A DNA stretch of 64,000 bases from assembly GCA_013416795.1 (NCBI GenBank), contig RQSC01001165.1, positions 64,741-128,740 of the forward strand. Reading direction: 5' to 3'. Made by a program: the position numbers and the translations under genes. This document shows positions 46,474 to 58,702 of the stretch, piece by piece; position 1 is the stretch's first letter, and every line of letters starts with the position of its first letter. This stretch comes from Prasinococcaceae sp. CCMP 1430. Lineage: Eukaryota; Plantae; Prasinodermophyta. Under the pieces are notes generated by a model. That model did not search any database, had not been told where the DNA came from, and saw only the letters and a list, made by a program, of their open reading frames with translations.

Positions 46474-47346
46474 ATGATCGCAACCGCCGCGCGTGCGACG
46501 TCGCTGCTGCGCGCTGCGCGCGCCACGCGCACCGCCGCCGCTGCGCGGCGGGGGACCGCGCCAGCGGTCGCGCGTCGTCGCGCGGGACACCCAGCCGCGT
46601 CGAGGCCGCGCGCTGCTCGCTTCGCAGCGGTCGCAATGGCGCAGTGGGAGGCGGTCACGTTCGGCGCTACGGGAGCGCCCGGCGTCGAAACGGGTCCTAA
46701 GGACGCGCCAGGTGTAATGCTCATTCAGGAGTGGTGGGGCGTCAACGTGGAGATCAAGGCGCTGGGCGCGCGACTCGCCGAGAAGGGCTACCGCGTGCTC
46801 ATCCCCGACATCTACAACGGCAAGCTCGCGCTCGATGCCGAGGAGGCCAACCATGAGATGTCCAACCTCGATTGGCCCAAGGCCCTCGGCGAGATCTGCG
46901 ACGGCGTGGCGTACTTGCACGACACCGGATCGGCCAAGGTCGGCATCACAGGCACCTGCATGGGCGGGGCGCTCGCGCTCGCCGCCGCCGCCAAGTGCGG
47001 AGGCCTGGCGTGCGCCGCGCCGTTCTACGGTACGCCCGACCCGGGCCTGGCGGACGTGTCGACTATCACCATCCCCGTGCAAGCGCACTTCGGCGAGCTC
47101 GACGACCTCGCAGGTTTCTCTGACAAGGCCGCCGCGGATGGGTTGCGCGACGCGCTCGCCGCGAATGCGGAGGCCAAGGTGTTCCTCTACCCCGGTGTGG
47201 GCCACGGATTCATGAACGCCGCCCCTGACAGGCCTCGCATCACGCCCGAGGTCGCCGCCGAGACGGGCTTCCCGCCGGCCAACCCCGAGGCGCAGGCGGC
47301 GGCTTGGGAGAGGGTGGTGTCCTTCTTCGCCAAGCACCTCAAGTGA
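46474..47346 (+). CDS. Dienelactone hydrolase family protein with organellar transit peptide
   Basis: IQEWWG; GITGTCMGG (nucleophile Cys); HFGELD; GHGFMN; AWERVVSFF. Confidence 0.9.
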   Translation: MIATAARATSLLRAARATRTAAAARRGTAPAVARRRAGHPAASRPRAARFAAVAMAQWEAVTFGATGAPGVETGPKDAPGVMLIQEWWGVNVEIKALGARLAEKGYRVLIPDIYNGKLALDAEEANHEMSNLDWPKALGEICDGVAYLHDTGSAKVGITGTCMGGALALAAAAKCGGLACAAPFYGTPDPGLADVSTITIPVQAHFGELDDLAGFSDKAAADGLRDALAANAEAKVFLYPGVGHGFMNAAPDRPRITPEVAAETGFPPANPEAQAAAWERVVSFFAKHLK

Positions 47347-47664
47347 AGGCGGGCGCGGCGGGCGCCGGAGGCGAGGGAGTGGAGTGTCCGCGAGTGTGGG
47401 CCTCACGCCAGGCAGGTTCGCGCCCCCCACCCTTCTTTGATGCCGAAGCTTGTGCTTGTGCGAAGGCCTCGCAGCAGGCGCAGGCCGATTTCGCCATCAA
47501 TCTGTAAAAGTTGGGATGCTGCCATACCACGCGCGCGGCATCCTCAAAAACACTCTTCAAACGCTGGAAGAGGTGTCGACAGCGCGCGCAGCGGGGCGCA
47601 AAGGTGGTGCATACTCACATCCTCGGCAGCTGCTTTCTCACGGTAGCGCACGAATGCGAAGCCA

Positions 47665-47711
<47 letters not shown>

Positions 47712-47876
47712 CACACCGCACCGCACCGCACCGCCACGGCGGGGCGGGGCGCGGCGCCGAAAGGGGCGCCTCGTGCCCGGGGGTGCCAACGCGGGCGGTG
47801 GTGCGGGGGGGCGCGCGCGCGTGTGTAAGTGTGTGTGTGGGGAGGAGGCGACGGGCCGGGGCCTGCGCAGGTTGCC

Positions 47877-50800
47877 ATGGGGTGGTTCTCGTCGGGGCGC
47901 AGCAGGCGGGCGCCGCCGCCGCGCAGCGACGGCCTCTCGGGCGGCGGGGACGGCGGGGCACCGCCACCGCCTGCGGCGGTTGGTGGCGCGCCCGCGGCGT
48001 TCCCCGGTGACGCGGGCGCGCCGCCACGGGCGCTCACCGACGAGGAGCGCGCGGAGCTCGCCGGCCGCTGGATGCGCGAACAGCTGCTGCGGCGGCGGGA
48101 GGAGTTCACAGACGCGCTGCCCCTGCGCGTGGTTGCGGGCACGTGGAACGTCAACGGCCGGGGCCCGCCCGCGGATCTCGCGCCCACCGCACTGGCGCCG
48201 TGGCTCGCGCCGCACGGCGGCGGCGCCGACGTTGTCGTGGCGGGCTTCCAAGAGGTGGTGCCGCTCACCGCCACCAACGTGGCGCTCGCGTCCAATACCT
48301 CAAACAGCGACCTGTGGGATGAGCGACTGGACGCCATGCTGAACGCCGGCGCGGGCGACGAGCGCGCGTACGTGCAGCTAGTTGCCGAGACGATGGTGGG
48401 CGTGCACCTGGCCGTGTGGGTGCGCGCATCGCTCGCTAGCCACGTCGAGGGCCTCAACGCGGCGGTGGTGGGCACGGGCGCCATGGGGTTCATGGGCAAC
48501 AAGGGCGCCGTGGTGGCGCGCTTCAAGTTGCACGACTCGTCCTTCGTTTTCGTGAACACGCACCTCTCGAGCGGGCAGTCGTCGACCGCGCACGCCAAGC
48601 GCAACGCTGACGTCGCCGAGATCCTGAGGCGCTGTCCGAGCATCGATGGCCACGATGTCCAGGTGTGGCTGGGCGACCTCAACTACCGCTTCGCGCCGGA
48701 TGCCGCAGCCATTGCCGAAATCACGCAGCTCATCACCGCGGGCGACTGGTCGGCGCTGCGCGGATTCGACGAGCTCTCGCGCGAGATGGGCGCGGGGCGT
48801 GTCTTCACGGGCGGGTGGAGGGAGGGGCCCATTGCCTTTCCGCCCACGTACAAGTACCGCCGCGGCACGAACAGCTACGCGCTCGGCCTCGAGGGCGAGT
48901 GCGCCACGGGGCCCGATGTGCACGACGGCAACAACAAGGATGGCGCGGGCGGACCGAGGAGCAGCGACAGCGGTGGGGAGAGCGGAAACGACGCGGCGAA
49001 GGCCGCTGCGCTAGAGAAGGAGAAGGTGCGCCGCCCGGCGTGGTGCGACAGGATTCTGGTGCGGACGCGCGCGCGCGCGGGCACGCTCGAGCGCGTGGAT
49101 GTGGTAGCGTACGATGCCGTCGGCGCCCTGTGCTGCAGTGACCACAAGCCCGTCACGGCGGTCCTGTCCGTCGAGGCGCGGCGCGTTGACGCCGAACGGC
49201 TGGGAGGCGTGCGGATGGAGGTGAGGCGCCAACTTGATCTTATCGAGATGGAGGCAATGCCAAAGTGCGCGATGCGCAATGCCATTGTGGAGCTAGGGGA
49301 GGTGCGTTACGGCACCCGGGTGGACGCGGAGGTCACACTTACGAACGTGGGGCAAGTGCCCGCCACTTGGGACATCCTTACGACAGCACATGGTGACACG
49401 TGTGCCCCAGAGCTCCCGCCGTGGTTGTCGTTTGAGCCCGCATCCGGCACGGTCATGCCTGGCGAGGAGGAGACGATCAAGCTTTCAGTCTTTGTGCAAG
49501 GGCGCGACGGCGGCGCGGCAGCACTGCACGCGGCAGGCGACGCGCTGGATGCCATCCTCGTGCTGCGCACTCGACGCGGTCGCGACTTCTTCATCCCGGT
49601 CTCGGGCACCTTTGCGCCTGGTTGTGGCTTCGGACTCATTCTCGACGACATGGCCGCAGTGAGACCGGGTTCTTCGGGTGAGTACGGAGTCCCGAGGGCC
49701 ATCGAAGTGCTCATCGCGCGCCTATGCGATCCAGAGGCAACCGCCATGCGGGGCTTGTTCTCGCTCGGTTGGGAGGAGGCATCGGAGCAAGGCTACGAAG
49801 ACGTGTCGCTATCCGAGGCCCAGCTGGCCTCGAACAGCTTTGAGCGGGCGAACGCGCATGCGGTGGATCCGATCAGGCGCATGCTCGAGACCGACAGCGG
49901 CGAGCTGCCCGTGGGCCTCAACCCGCAGGCAAACGCCGCTGCCCTGCTTTCGCTCCTTGCCAGCATTCCCTTTGCACCGCTGCCCGACGTGGTCCTCGCC
50001 GACGCTGGCGCCGCCCACACCGTGCCCGTGCGCGATCACGCTATCGAGGCGCTCGGCAGGCGATGCTCGCCGCCGGTCGTTGCCACCATGGAGTGCTTGA
50101 CATCTTTCCTACGGCACCTGCTCGCGCATGCCAGCGAGTCGCGCGTGAGCGCGCAGTCGCTCTGCGCAGTTTTCGGCGAGCTGCTTTTCAGGCCACAGAC
50201 CGCAGACGGTACGATCGCGGCCCGCGCATTCATGAGAAGCCTGCTTGAAGGGCTCGCTCCGTCGCCCGACACAGGCATGGGCAACTACGAGGCTACCATG
50301 TGGGAGGCTGCCTACAAAAACTCGCTCGACACCGCGGGTGTCGAGGTCCCTCCTCCGGTTCGTCCCTCCGTTCCGACCGACCAAGACGGCGCACGAGCGC
50401 ATGACGTGCTCCCAGGTGCGGCCGAGGCAGAGGCCAAGGAAGCGGAGGTGACAGCTACACGCGACGCTGAGGCGCCTGAGGTCGGCTCTGGAGCAGGAGC
50501 TGAAGAGACGCATCCCGAAACTGGAGCGAGCGATAGTCCTGTCATCCAGCACAGCTCTCTGCCTGACGCATCCTCTGACGAGCACGGAGGTGACGGTACT
50601 GGATCAAAGGAAAGCGACTTGCCCGAAACAAGCGGCGAGGTCCTGGCGGGTGCGAGTGACAGCGACGCATGCACATTCGCGGACAGAGGTTCTGGCGAGG
50701 ACGGGTTTGGCGAAGTCGATGGTGCTATGCGAGACGCTCCTTCAATTGGAGGGCCTGGCGTCGACGAGGCCGACGTCGACCTGACTGAAGCAGCAGCTAT

Positions 50801-50909
50801 GAGTCAAGCGGGAGAAGGCAATGCAGCTTCGGAGCAAGGACATCCTAGTGTCGGAGGCACCCCCGGACACGCATCAGCCGATATCCTGGATGAGGCGGAT
50901 CTGTGTTGA
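47877..50909 (+). CDS. OCRL/INPP5B-like inositol polyphosphate 5-phosphatase (5-phosphatase, ASH, RhoGAP-like, acidic tail)
   Basis: GTWNVNG; GFQE; GNKGAV; WLGDLNYR; FPPTYKY; PAWCDRIL; SDHKPV; ASH TNVGQVPA..LDAILVLR..GRDFFIPVSG; GVPRAI. Confidence 0.9.
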   Translation: MGWFSSGRSRRAPPPRSDGLSGGGDGGAPPPPAAVGGAPAAFPGDAGAPPRALTDEERAELAGRWMREQLLRRREEFTDALPLRVVAGTWNVNGRGPPADLAPTALAPWLAPHGGGADVVVAGFQEVVPLTATNVALASNTSNSDLWDERLDAMLNAGAGDERAYVQLVAETMVGVHLAVWVRASLASHVEGLNAAVVGTGAMGFMGNKGAVVARFKLHDSSFVFVNTHLSSGQSSTAHAKRNADVAEILRRCPSIDGHDVQVWLGDLNYRFAPDAAAIAEITQLITAGDWSALRGFDELSREMGAGRVFTGGWREGPIAFPPTYKYRRGTNSYALGLEGECATGPDVHDGNNKDGAGGPRSSDSGGESGNDAAKAAALEKEKVRRPAWCDRILVRTRARAGTLERVDVVAYDAVGALCCSDHKPVTAVLSVEARRVDAERLGGVRMEVRRQLDLIEMEAMPKCAMRNAIVELGEVRYGTRVDAEVTLTNVGQVPATWDILTTAHGDTCAPELPPWLSFEPASGTVMPGEEETIKLSVFVQGRDGGAAALHAAGDALDAILVLRTRRGRDFFIPVSGTFAPGCGFGLILDDMAAVRPGSSGEYGVPRAIEVLIARLCDPEATAMRGLFSLGWEEASEQGYEDVSLSEAQLASNSFERANAHAVDPIRRMLETDSGELPVGLNPQANAAALLSLLASIPFAPLPDVVLADAGAAHTVPVRDHAIEALGRRCSPPVVATMECLTSFLRHLLAHASESRVSAQSLCAVFGELLFRPQTADGTIAARAFMRSLLEGLAPSPDTGMGNYEATMWEAAYKNSLDTAGVEVPPPVRPSVPTDQDGARAHDVLPGAAEAEAKEAEVTATRDAEAPEVGSGAGAEETHPETGASDSPVIQHSSLPDASSDEHGGDGTGSKESDLPETSGEVLAGASDSDACTFADRGSGEDGFGEVDGAMRDAPSIGGPGVDEADVDLTEAAAMSQAGEGNAASEQGHPSVGGTPGHASADILDEADLC

Positions 50910-51041
50910 ATGGGGCGTCGCTCGTCTGCTTTGCGCTTGACCCACAGCCACTCGCTGTGGGTAGTCTATCTGTAGGCAAAGAATCGCAATGATACAAAAG
51001 CAGCTCGCGCGCCGTCGCTCGACAGGCACGTTTGGCTGGCC

Positions 51042-51926
51042 TCATGTTGGCTGCACGTCATCGTTTGCAAAGTGCCATCTGTGCTGCGGATGTGCGACGC
51101 CTTCCGGTGCGGGCGCCTCCCTGCTCCTGTCGACGGGCGGCCGCTCCGTGCCCACACGCGCTGCGTCTAGCTCGAGGCGCCAGAGATCGAGGCTCAGTGT
51201 GTGGGAGTCGTGAACATGATGCGCGCGGCATCTCGGTAGCACATACTCCATCTCCGCCACCAGCTCCGCCCCTGTGTAGCCGAGCTCTCCTAGGGCCAGC
51301 GAGCGCACGAATTGCCGCGTGGCCGACTTGTGCAGACTGTACACTATGCGCGCGCCCGTCTCGCGCGCAGCGCACAGGAAGAACGTGTCGGCACCTCTCA
51401 TCTTCGTGCCAAAGGGCGGGTTGGTCAGCACCACATCGAATGCGCCGCGCCGGACGTGTGGCAGCCGCGGCTCGAGCCCGACCCGTGCACGCAGGGCGCA
51501 CACCCGGTGCCCCACTCCAAGTGCGTCCACATTTGCAGACAGCTGCTCAAGTGCGTCGGCGTCGCAGTCGACTGCCGTGACGCACGCCGCGCCTGCAATC
51601 GCCGCTGCGCAGCTCAGCATGCCCGTGCCGCAGCCCAGGTCCAACACCCGCGTGCGCGCGCAGACGTCGCCACGCGCGGCCGATGCATGCGCTAGCCACG
51701 CCGCAGCTAGCGCTGGGGACGTGATGTACTGCTCGAGAGCCGCCTTGGGCCGCACAAAGGCAAACGACGGTGGCGCAGCGACTGAGGCGGAGGAGTTGCA
51801 TTCCTCGCCGCCACACACCCCAGCCAGCCGTGCGTGGAGGTGCTCTCGGAGGACGTCGACTGCGGCTGCGACTGTATCCGTGTCTCCAAGGCACTCTCGC
51901 CCGCTGCCCCCGCCAGCACCTCCCAT
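51042..51926 (-). CDS. METTL5: rRNA N6-adenosine methyltransferase METTL5
   Basis: PKAALEQYITSP; LDLGCGTGML; NPPFGTK; YSLHKSATR; DLWR. Confidence 0.88.
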   Translation of the reverse strand: MGGAGGGSGRECLGDTDTVAAAVDVLREHLHARLAGVCGGEECNSSASVAAPPSFAFVRPKAALEQYITSPALAAAWLAHASAARGDVCARTRVLDLGCGTGMLSCAAAIAGAACVTAVDCDADALEQLSANVDALGVGHRVCALRARVGLEPRLPHVRRGAFDVVLTNPPFGTKMRGADTFFLCAARETGARIVYSLHKSATRQFVRSLALGELGYTGAELVAEMEYVLPRCRAHHVHDSHTLSLDLWRLELDAARVGTERPPVDRSREAPAPEGVAHPQHRWHFANDDVQPT

Positions 51927-52157
51927 GCTACGCAAGGCGAGCTCTGCGGCTCCCGCTGCCCCCCCCCCCCCTCCCTCAGTCCAGCGCGCAAACAGCGCTG
52001 TGAGCGGGCGGGGGGCGCACCACGCGCGCAGTCTGGCAGCGGCACGGTTGTGGATTCGCACGCAGTCGCGACCCGGCCACTCAGCGCGCGGCGCGCGCAG
52101 GAGCGGCGGCGGCGGCGGCGGCGGCGGTCGTGCCCGTGGCACTCGACCTGCGCGGCC

Positions 52158-53862
52158 ATGTTTACCGCGTATCCCTCAGCGGGTGCGCGCCGGCCGGCGT
52201 TCCCGCCCGCTGGAGGGCCAGGAGCAGGGGGCAGCGGCGGGCTGCCGCGCGGCGGCGAGCCACCACCGCCGCCGCCACCGGTCGAGATGGTACATGTCGC
52301 CACACACCGCTTCGAGGAGCCGACAAAGGTGCGTGTGCACAAAAGAGGCGCGAACGCCTGGGCGGGCACGATTGAGCCATGCCGTGGGCTTCAGGGTGCG
52401 GCGTGGCACTGCGCCGCGTGCGTCCGCAAGCGCAAGACGCGACCGCGCGCGAGCACGCATCGCGCGCTTCTCCTGCATCAGCTCGCAGCCGTCCGTGCAT
52501 CCGCCCATCCTCCTCCGTGCGTGGCGACGTCGACCCTCCGTATCTCACGCTACCCTCGCTCAATTCTTCCCCCTCCTGCTCTGCCCGCCCGCCCTTGCCC
52601 AACTGCGCACGCCCCACTGCGGCACTCGTAGGTGATCACTTCGCAGGCGCACCTGGACGCATTCCTTTCCGACGACGGCGCCGGGACAGATCTGCTCAAC
52701 TACGTGGTCGAGTTGGCGGAGTCCTGCCGTGGCACGACACTCAAGGATGCAGACAAGGAGGCTGCCCTGGCAAGTGCGGGCGAGCACACGCGCGAGTGCG
52801 TGCGCGCCATCGAGGCCGCCCTAGATTCGCTCAGTGCGCTGCTCGACGAAGTACCGCCAGCGGCGCATGCGATGCGCTATGGCAACCCGGCGTACAGGGT
52901 TTGGCACGATCGCATGTGCGGCATGGCCTACGAGGCGTGCGCGGCGGCGCTTGCGCCGGCGTTTCGGGAGCAGCAGCGGGGCGGCGACAGCACACAGGCG
53001 GGGAGCGAACATGGGAATAGCACCGGGGAGGGAGCGCCTGGCGGCACCTCGTCGACGCGCTTCGAGTCGGCGTGCTGCGAGCTGCGCGCGTACTGGTGCG
53101 ACTCATTCGGCAATCGCACGCGCATCGACTACGGCACGGGCCACGAGACAAACTTTGCCGCTTGGCTGTACTGCTTGCGGCGCACTGGCGCGCTCGGTGG
53201 AGGTGTCTGCGATTCGCGAGCCGTTGCGCTGTGCGTGTTCCATCGCTACCTTCGGCTGATGCGCCGCGTGCAGACCTCGTACTGGCTCGAGCCGGCGGGC
53301 AGCCATGGCGTGTGGGGGCTCGATGATTACCAGTTTCTGCCGTTCGTCTTCGGTGCTGCGCAGCTCGCCGACCACCGCCACCTGCGGCCACGCTCCATCC
53401 ACGTCGAGATGACGCGCGAGGCTGTCGCAGGTCAGTACTACTACTTTGAGGCGGTCGAATTTATCCGCAGCGTCAAGCGCGGCAGCCTGCACGAGACCTC
53501 GCCCATCATCAACGATGTCTCGTCGCTCAGCACGTGGGCCAGGGTCTACAACGGCATGGTCAGGATGTACAGGGCAGAGGTGAGGGGCGCGGGGTCAAAT
53601 GGAAGGGACGCGGCGTATTTGTCGTTTGCGCGCGCTTTCTCGAGGACCTCGCGCCCCGTCGCATGCTGACTCGCCCTCCGCTGCCGCCATGTGTGCGCTC
53701 CCCCAGGTGCTCGGGAAGGTCCCCATCATGCAGCACTTCCTCTTTGGCTCGCTCATCAGGTGGAAGGAGCCGGCAGTGGACGTACAGGGCCATGCCGTGG
53801 GCGCGCACGAGGAGGGGACGGGCGGGGACGCGCACGCTGCGCCTGGTGGAGGTGCCACGTAA
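52158..53862 (+). CDS. PTPA: PP2A phosphatase activator PTPA; introns 52329-52631 and 53580-53706
   Basis: RYGNPAYRVW; SFGNRTRIDYGTGHE; YWLEPAGSHGVWGLDDYQFLPF; MYRAE|VLGKVPIMQHFLFGS. Confidence 0.95.
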
Positions 53863-54004
53863 CGATTGCATACAGGACGGCCACTTATTTCGCATGGATC
53901 GTGCCCCGCCAGGGACGCGCGCGCGCGCGCGCGCGCGCGCGCAGGGTGGGAGTTCCGAGGTGGGGACGAACCCCACAGCGAGGCGCTCGATCTGGTGGCC
54001 ACGG

Positions 54005-55560
54005 TCACGGCGCGTACTCCTCCTCCTCCTCAGGACTGAGCAGCGACCCCCCGCCGACGCCATTGAATCCAGCGTACACAACATCGCTGCCCTCGTCCTC
54101 GTACAAGTCGGCCGCGTCGTGCTCCTCGTCACGAGTGCCGTCCGGATGGGTCCCGTCGTATTCGAAGTCGTCCACGCTCAGCACGCCCTCGTACTCGCCC
54201 ACCTCGGCCAGCGCCTCCTCGACCGCGCCCGAGTAGAAGAGCTCCTCCCACGTTCCCAGGAACTCCGCCCAGCCCTCCCACTCCTCGTCTTCTTCGCTGT
54301 CGGCGCTGGCGGAGTACGCGGCCTCCGGGTCGCGCGGCATGCCAAGAGGCAGGCTGTCCGCGTGCGCCTGCACGTAGGAGAACCACGCGCGCTTTGAGCG
54401 CACATTGAGCCCGCGCGCGAACGCCTTGGCGTCCTCGTACGAGCACATTGCGCCCTTGACCTCGTCTGCGCCCGCCGCATCGTCGCCGTCGGCGGCGGAG
54501 CACGTCTCGCCGAGGAAGTCCTGCCAGCTCACCCACCCGTCGCGCGCATAGACAGCGTGTGCCTCCGCGGGCATGGTAAGCGGCGCGTTGACCGCACACC
54601 ACGCTGCGTATTCTGACGCAGAGCGCAGGCCGAGCGCGCGCGCCACGGTGCGCGCCTCGTCGAAAGCGGCAAAGCTCGTCATGGTCCCCCCACGCCATCC
54701 GACCCCCACCGCGGTCTCGTCGCCATCGGCGTCGGCGCTCGGCGCATCGCCGAGCGTGACCGCGCCGCGCGCGCCGCGCTTGCGCACGCGCTTCGAACGC
54801 GCGGCCGCGGCCGCCTGCGCCTCGGCGCTCGGCTTCCAGCCCACATGCACCTCGCGATCGATTCGCTCGTGCTCGTAGCCGCCGTGCGCGTCGTCGCCGT
54901 CGTCGGCCTCGGCCTCATGGCCGCCCGCACCCTCGCCGCCCTCGCCGCCAACCCCTACGCCCCACCCGCCCTCGCCGACGCCGTCGTCCCAGCCCGCCGC
55001 ACCATTCGCCGACGCGGCTTCGTCTGTCCCGGCCGCCCCGAGGAAGGCGTCAAGGTCGTCCCACAGCATGGCGTCCGCGCCCGCGCCGCCGCTGGCCTGC
55101 GCGGCCGCCCCCACGCCGTCGAGGTCGAAGTCGCGCAGCGTGCTGTCGAGGTACGCCGAGAAGTCGGGCGACGACTCCGCGCTCGCGGCGAGCAGCTCGG
55201 CCTGTTCGTCCTCGGAGAGCGCGGCGGAGTCGGCGTCGGGCACGAGCTGCAGCTCGGGGCCGGCCGCCTCGCGCGCGGCGGGCGCAGGGCGCCGCGGCGG
55301 GCGCCGCGGCGGTGTCGACGCCGCCCGCGCTCCCATCCGCCAGGGCGGCGGACTGTGCGTCGAGGATGCGCTCGATGAGATCCGCCTTGTTTCCCGCCAG
55401 CTTGAGCTTGCGCTCGCGCAGCACGTCCTTGAGCCGCGGAACGGTGAGCTTGCGCAGCGACTCGGCAGTGAACGTGCCGAAGGCGGCGGCTTCGCCCGCG
55501 TCGCCGGCGGCCGCCGCGCGCGGTGCGGCAGTGGCGGCCGGCGGGGTGGGGAGACGCCGC
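54005..55560 (-). CDS. SAP domain + acidic region + two integrase-repeat-unit-like (GW.xW.DFLG) repeats; apparent 1-nt frameshift near 55285; start unresolved
   Basis: LRKLTVPRLKDVLRERKLKLAGNKADLIERI (SAP) in one frame; FDEARTVARALGLRS...GWVSWQDFLG and YEDAKAFARGLNVRS...WEGWAEFLG in the adjacent frame. Confidence 0.65.
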
Positions 55561-56416
55561 GCCGCCGCGCCGCGCCGCCGCCGCCGCCGCCCTTTTTCTT
55601 TTTCAGCCCCCTTTTCCCTCGCTGCTGCCTCGCCTCTCCCACGCCCGTATGCCGCGTGTGTGTGCCATGTCGCGTGTCACATGCACATGCACATGTGCAT
55701 GTCACATGGCATGCGGCCGGCGCTCACCTCGCCTCGGCGAGCCTATGTGCGGGGGAAAAGGAAAGTAAAATGAATTAAAAAACGGAGCGGCGCCGTTTCG
55801 CGCGCGTCTCCCCGCGCGTTTCGCGCCGCAATTGAAGGCGTTCCGTCCTCCTCGCCGGCGCCGCCGCGGCGGCGAAATGACGCGCTCCGCGCGTTTCCCC
55901 CGGGGACGCCGAATCCGAACCCGCACGGCCGCGAATTCGCGCGCGCCCGCCCGCCCACGCTTGGAAAAAAAAAAAACATTATTCCGAAGGCCTTCTCCGG
56001 TGCAAAAAAAGCATTCGTTCTGGTGACGACTGGTGTTTTCGCCTGGTTTTTCCTCATGCGCTCTCGGCCCCGCGCGCCGCGCGGCGGCAGCTCCCGGCGG
56101 AAAAAGTGCGCGGGCCGACGGGCGCCAGCGAGCGAGCGGGCGGAGGCCGGCGCTCATCGCCCAGCAGCGGATGGGGACGGGCGGGGAAAGGGCCGGGGCG
56201 CGCGCGCGCGGGAGGAGGGCGACTGTCCATCCGCGCCTGGGCTCGGGGCGCGCGTCCGCGCGAGGGGGCGCCCAGCCAGCCAGGCCCTCTTTTTTGTGTG
56301 CGCCCATTTTCTACGCATTTCCTCGCGAATATTACTTTTGGGGGGGGGTCGGGCGCGGGGGGCGCCGCCGTCGCCGCCGCCCCCATCCGACCCACCCACC
56401 CTGCTGCGGCGCGGCG

Positions 56417-58086
56417 TCACAGCTCGTCGCGCGGCGCGGCGCCGCCCGCGCCCTCGTCGTGTACCGCGCGGAAGTTGTGGTAGATGCCGAGGTAGGCGCC
56501 AGCCGCCATCGAGAAGCGCTCCAGCTCGAGCGCCTCGTCCGGCGAGTGCCACTTGTCCTCGTCGAGGCCGAAGCCCACCGTCGTGGTGTACACGCCCAGC
56601 ACCTCGCGAAAGAGCGACGTCACGGGGACCGTCGCGCCCCAGCGGACCCAGCCCGGCTCGCTGCCGTACGTCTCGCGCAGCGTGCGCGCCGCCGCGCGGT
56701 TCAGCGGGCAGTCCTTGGGCATCACGTAGGCGTCCGCGCCGCCCTCCGGGTACGACACGCGGGTGTCGACCCCGGCGAAGCGCCCGGCGGCCTCCAGGAT
56801 GGCGTCGCCCACCAGCCGGCGGACGCGCTCGCTGTCCTGGCCCGGCACCATCCGCATCGCCACCTTTGCGTGCGCCTCGCGCGGCAGGACCGTCTTCATG
56901 CCCTCGCCCTGGAAGCCGCCGTGCATGCCTACCACCTCGAGCGTCGGCCGGTTCCAGTTGCGCTCCGCCCACGTGCGGCCGCGCTCGCCGCCGTAGTGGC
57001 CGGGCGGCAGGCCGATGTCCGCAAGGATGGCCTCCTCGTCCGGCGCGCTCGCCGCCCAGTCGGCGACCTCCTCGGCGGTGGGCTCGGGGACGCCGTCGTA
57101 GAAGCCTGGCACGGTGATCTCGTTGGTCGCCGGATCGCGCAGGCTGGCGAGCGCGTACGCCACCGCGTGCAGCGGGTTGGCGACGACGCCGCCGTACACG
57201 CCGGAGTGCAGGTCGAGCGAGGCGCCGAAGGCGTCTACCTGCAGGCTGCACAGGCCGCGCAGGCCCAGCATGAAGGCGCCGCCGTCGGGAGGCTGCGTGC
57301 CATCGGTGGAGAGCACCGCGTCGGCCGCGAGCTCCTCGGCGTGCGCGCGCACGAACTCGTCCACCCCAGGCGAACCGATCTCCTCGGCGCCCTCGATGAA
57401 AACCTTGATATTGACGGGCGGGCGCTCGTCGAGCGCCTCGGCGGCGCGCAGCATGGCGCCCGCCGCGTGGACGGCCGCGAGGATCTGCCCCTTGTTGTCC
57501 GACACGCCGCGCGCGTACATGGTGCCGTTGCGCACCTCGGCGGAGAACGGCGGGCTCGTCCACAGCTCGAATGGGTCGCCGGGCTGCACATCGAAGTGGC
57601 CGTACAGCAGGAGTGTGGGGGCGCCCGCGCCCGCGCTCGCGTCCGACGCCGTCACCACCGGGTGCAGCGACGTCTCGTGCAACGCAGCATTGCGCAGGCC
57701 AGCGGCGTGCAGCGCCTGCACGAACCACTGGCCGGCGGCGCGCACGTCGGCCGCGTTGGCAGCGCCCGCCGACACCGAGGGAATGCGGCAGATTGCCGCG
57801 AGGTCCGCCTCGCGCTGTGCGGCGGCAAGGCGATGGCAGCCGCGCGCGCGGGGGTGCGCCGGCGCGGGAGGAGGAGGGTGGGAGGAAGGGGTCAGCAATG
57901 CGGGCAGCGGCGCTTGGGACGCCGCAAGGCACGGCTGGCGCGTGGCGGCGCGCCCCTCACCGACTCGCGCGTGGCTCGCAGGTCCGATTTGGCCTCTGCG
58001 ATCGCAGCGGCCGCCGACGCCGCGTACTCGGCGCGCGCAGTCGGCGTGGCCCCCGCCGCGCCCGCCGCACCCCCCCCCACACACAC
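56417..58086 (-). CDS. M20 family dipeptidase-like metallopeptidase; intron 57815-57960; start unresolved
   Basis: YGHFDVQP; ARGVSDNKG; EGAEEIGS; DLHSGVYGG; GEGMKTVLP; HSPDE. Confidence 0.88.
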
Positions 58087-58702
58087 ACGAGCAGCGCCAC
58101 GAGCGCGCCCTGTGCCCCCGCTCCCCCCCTCCCCTCATCCTCCCCCTCTGGAGCATCCCCGTCCCAGCCAGCAGCACCGCAGAGGGTTTGGATGCAAAAA
58201 ATCATCCAACAACCGACACCGGACGCCCTCGGCATCGCCTGCCGTTGCACTCGTCGGTGACCCGCAATTCACCCGACTGACCCACCAATCGACATCAACA
58301 TCGTCATCGACATCGACATCCAACAGCCGCGGCCGATTGATTGATTCGCTGCGAGTGACGTGGCGTTTTCGCTCGCCTTTCGCTTTGACTTTTGACGTGC
58401 GGGCGCCTCTCCCTCGAATCGCGCGCGCGCGGCGCCGCGAGACCATCGGCAGCGCGGGGGGGCGCGCGCGCGCGCGGGGAGAGTGCGGGGAGGGGAAGGG
58501 CGGGGGGGCGTCACGAACGGGGCGCCACTCGCCGCACCGCGCGCGACGCACCAGCAGCAGGCCTGCGCGCGCGCCGAGTGCCTCCGCGTACGGCTGCGAG
58601 GGCGGGCGGGCGGGCGGCGGTGGAAGCGGCTGCGACGGTCGGCCGCGCGCGGCGCGTTTTTCGCGCTTGGGCGAAGTCCGAAGAGCCAACGGACGCTGTT
58701 GC

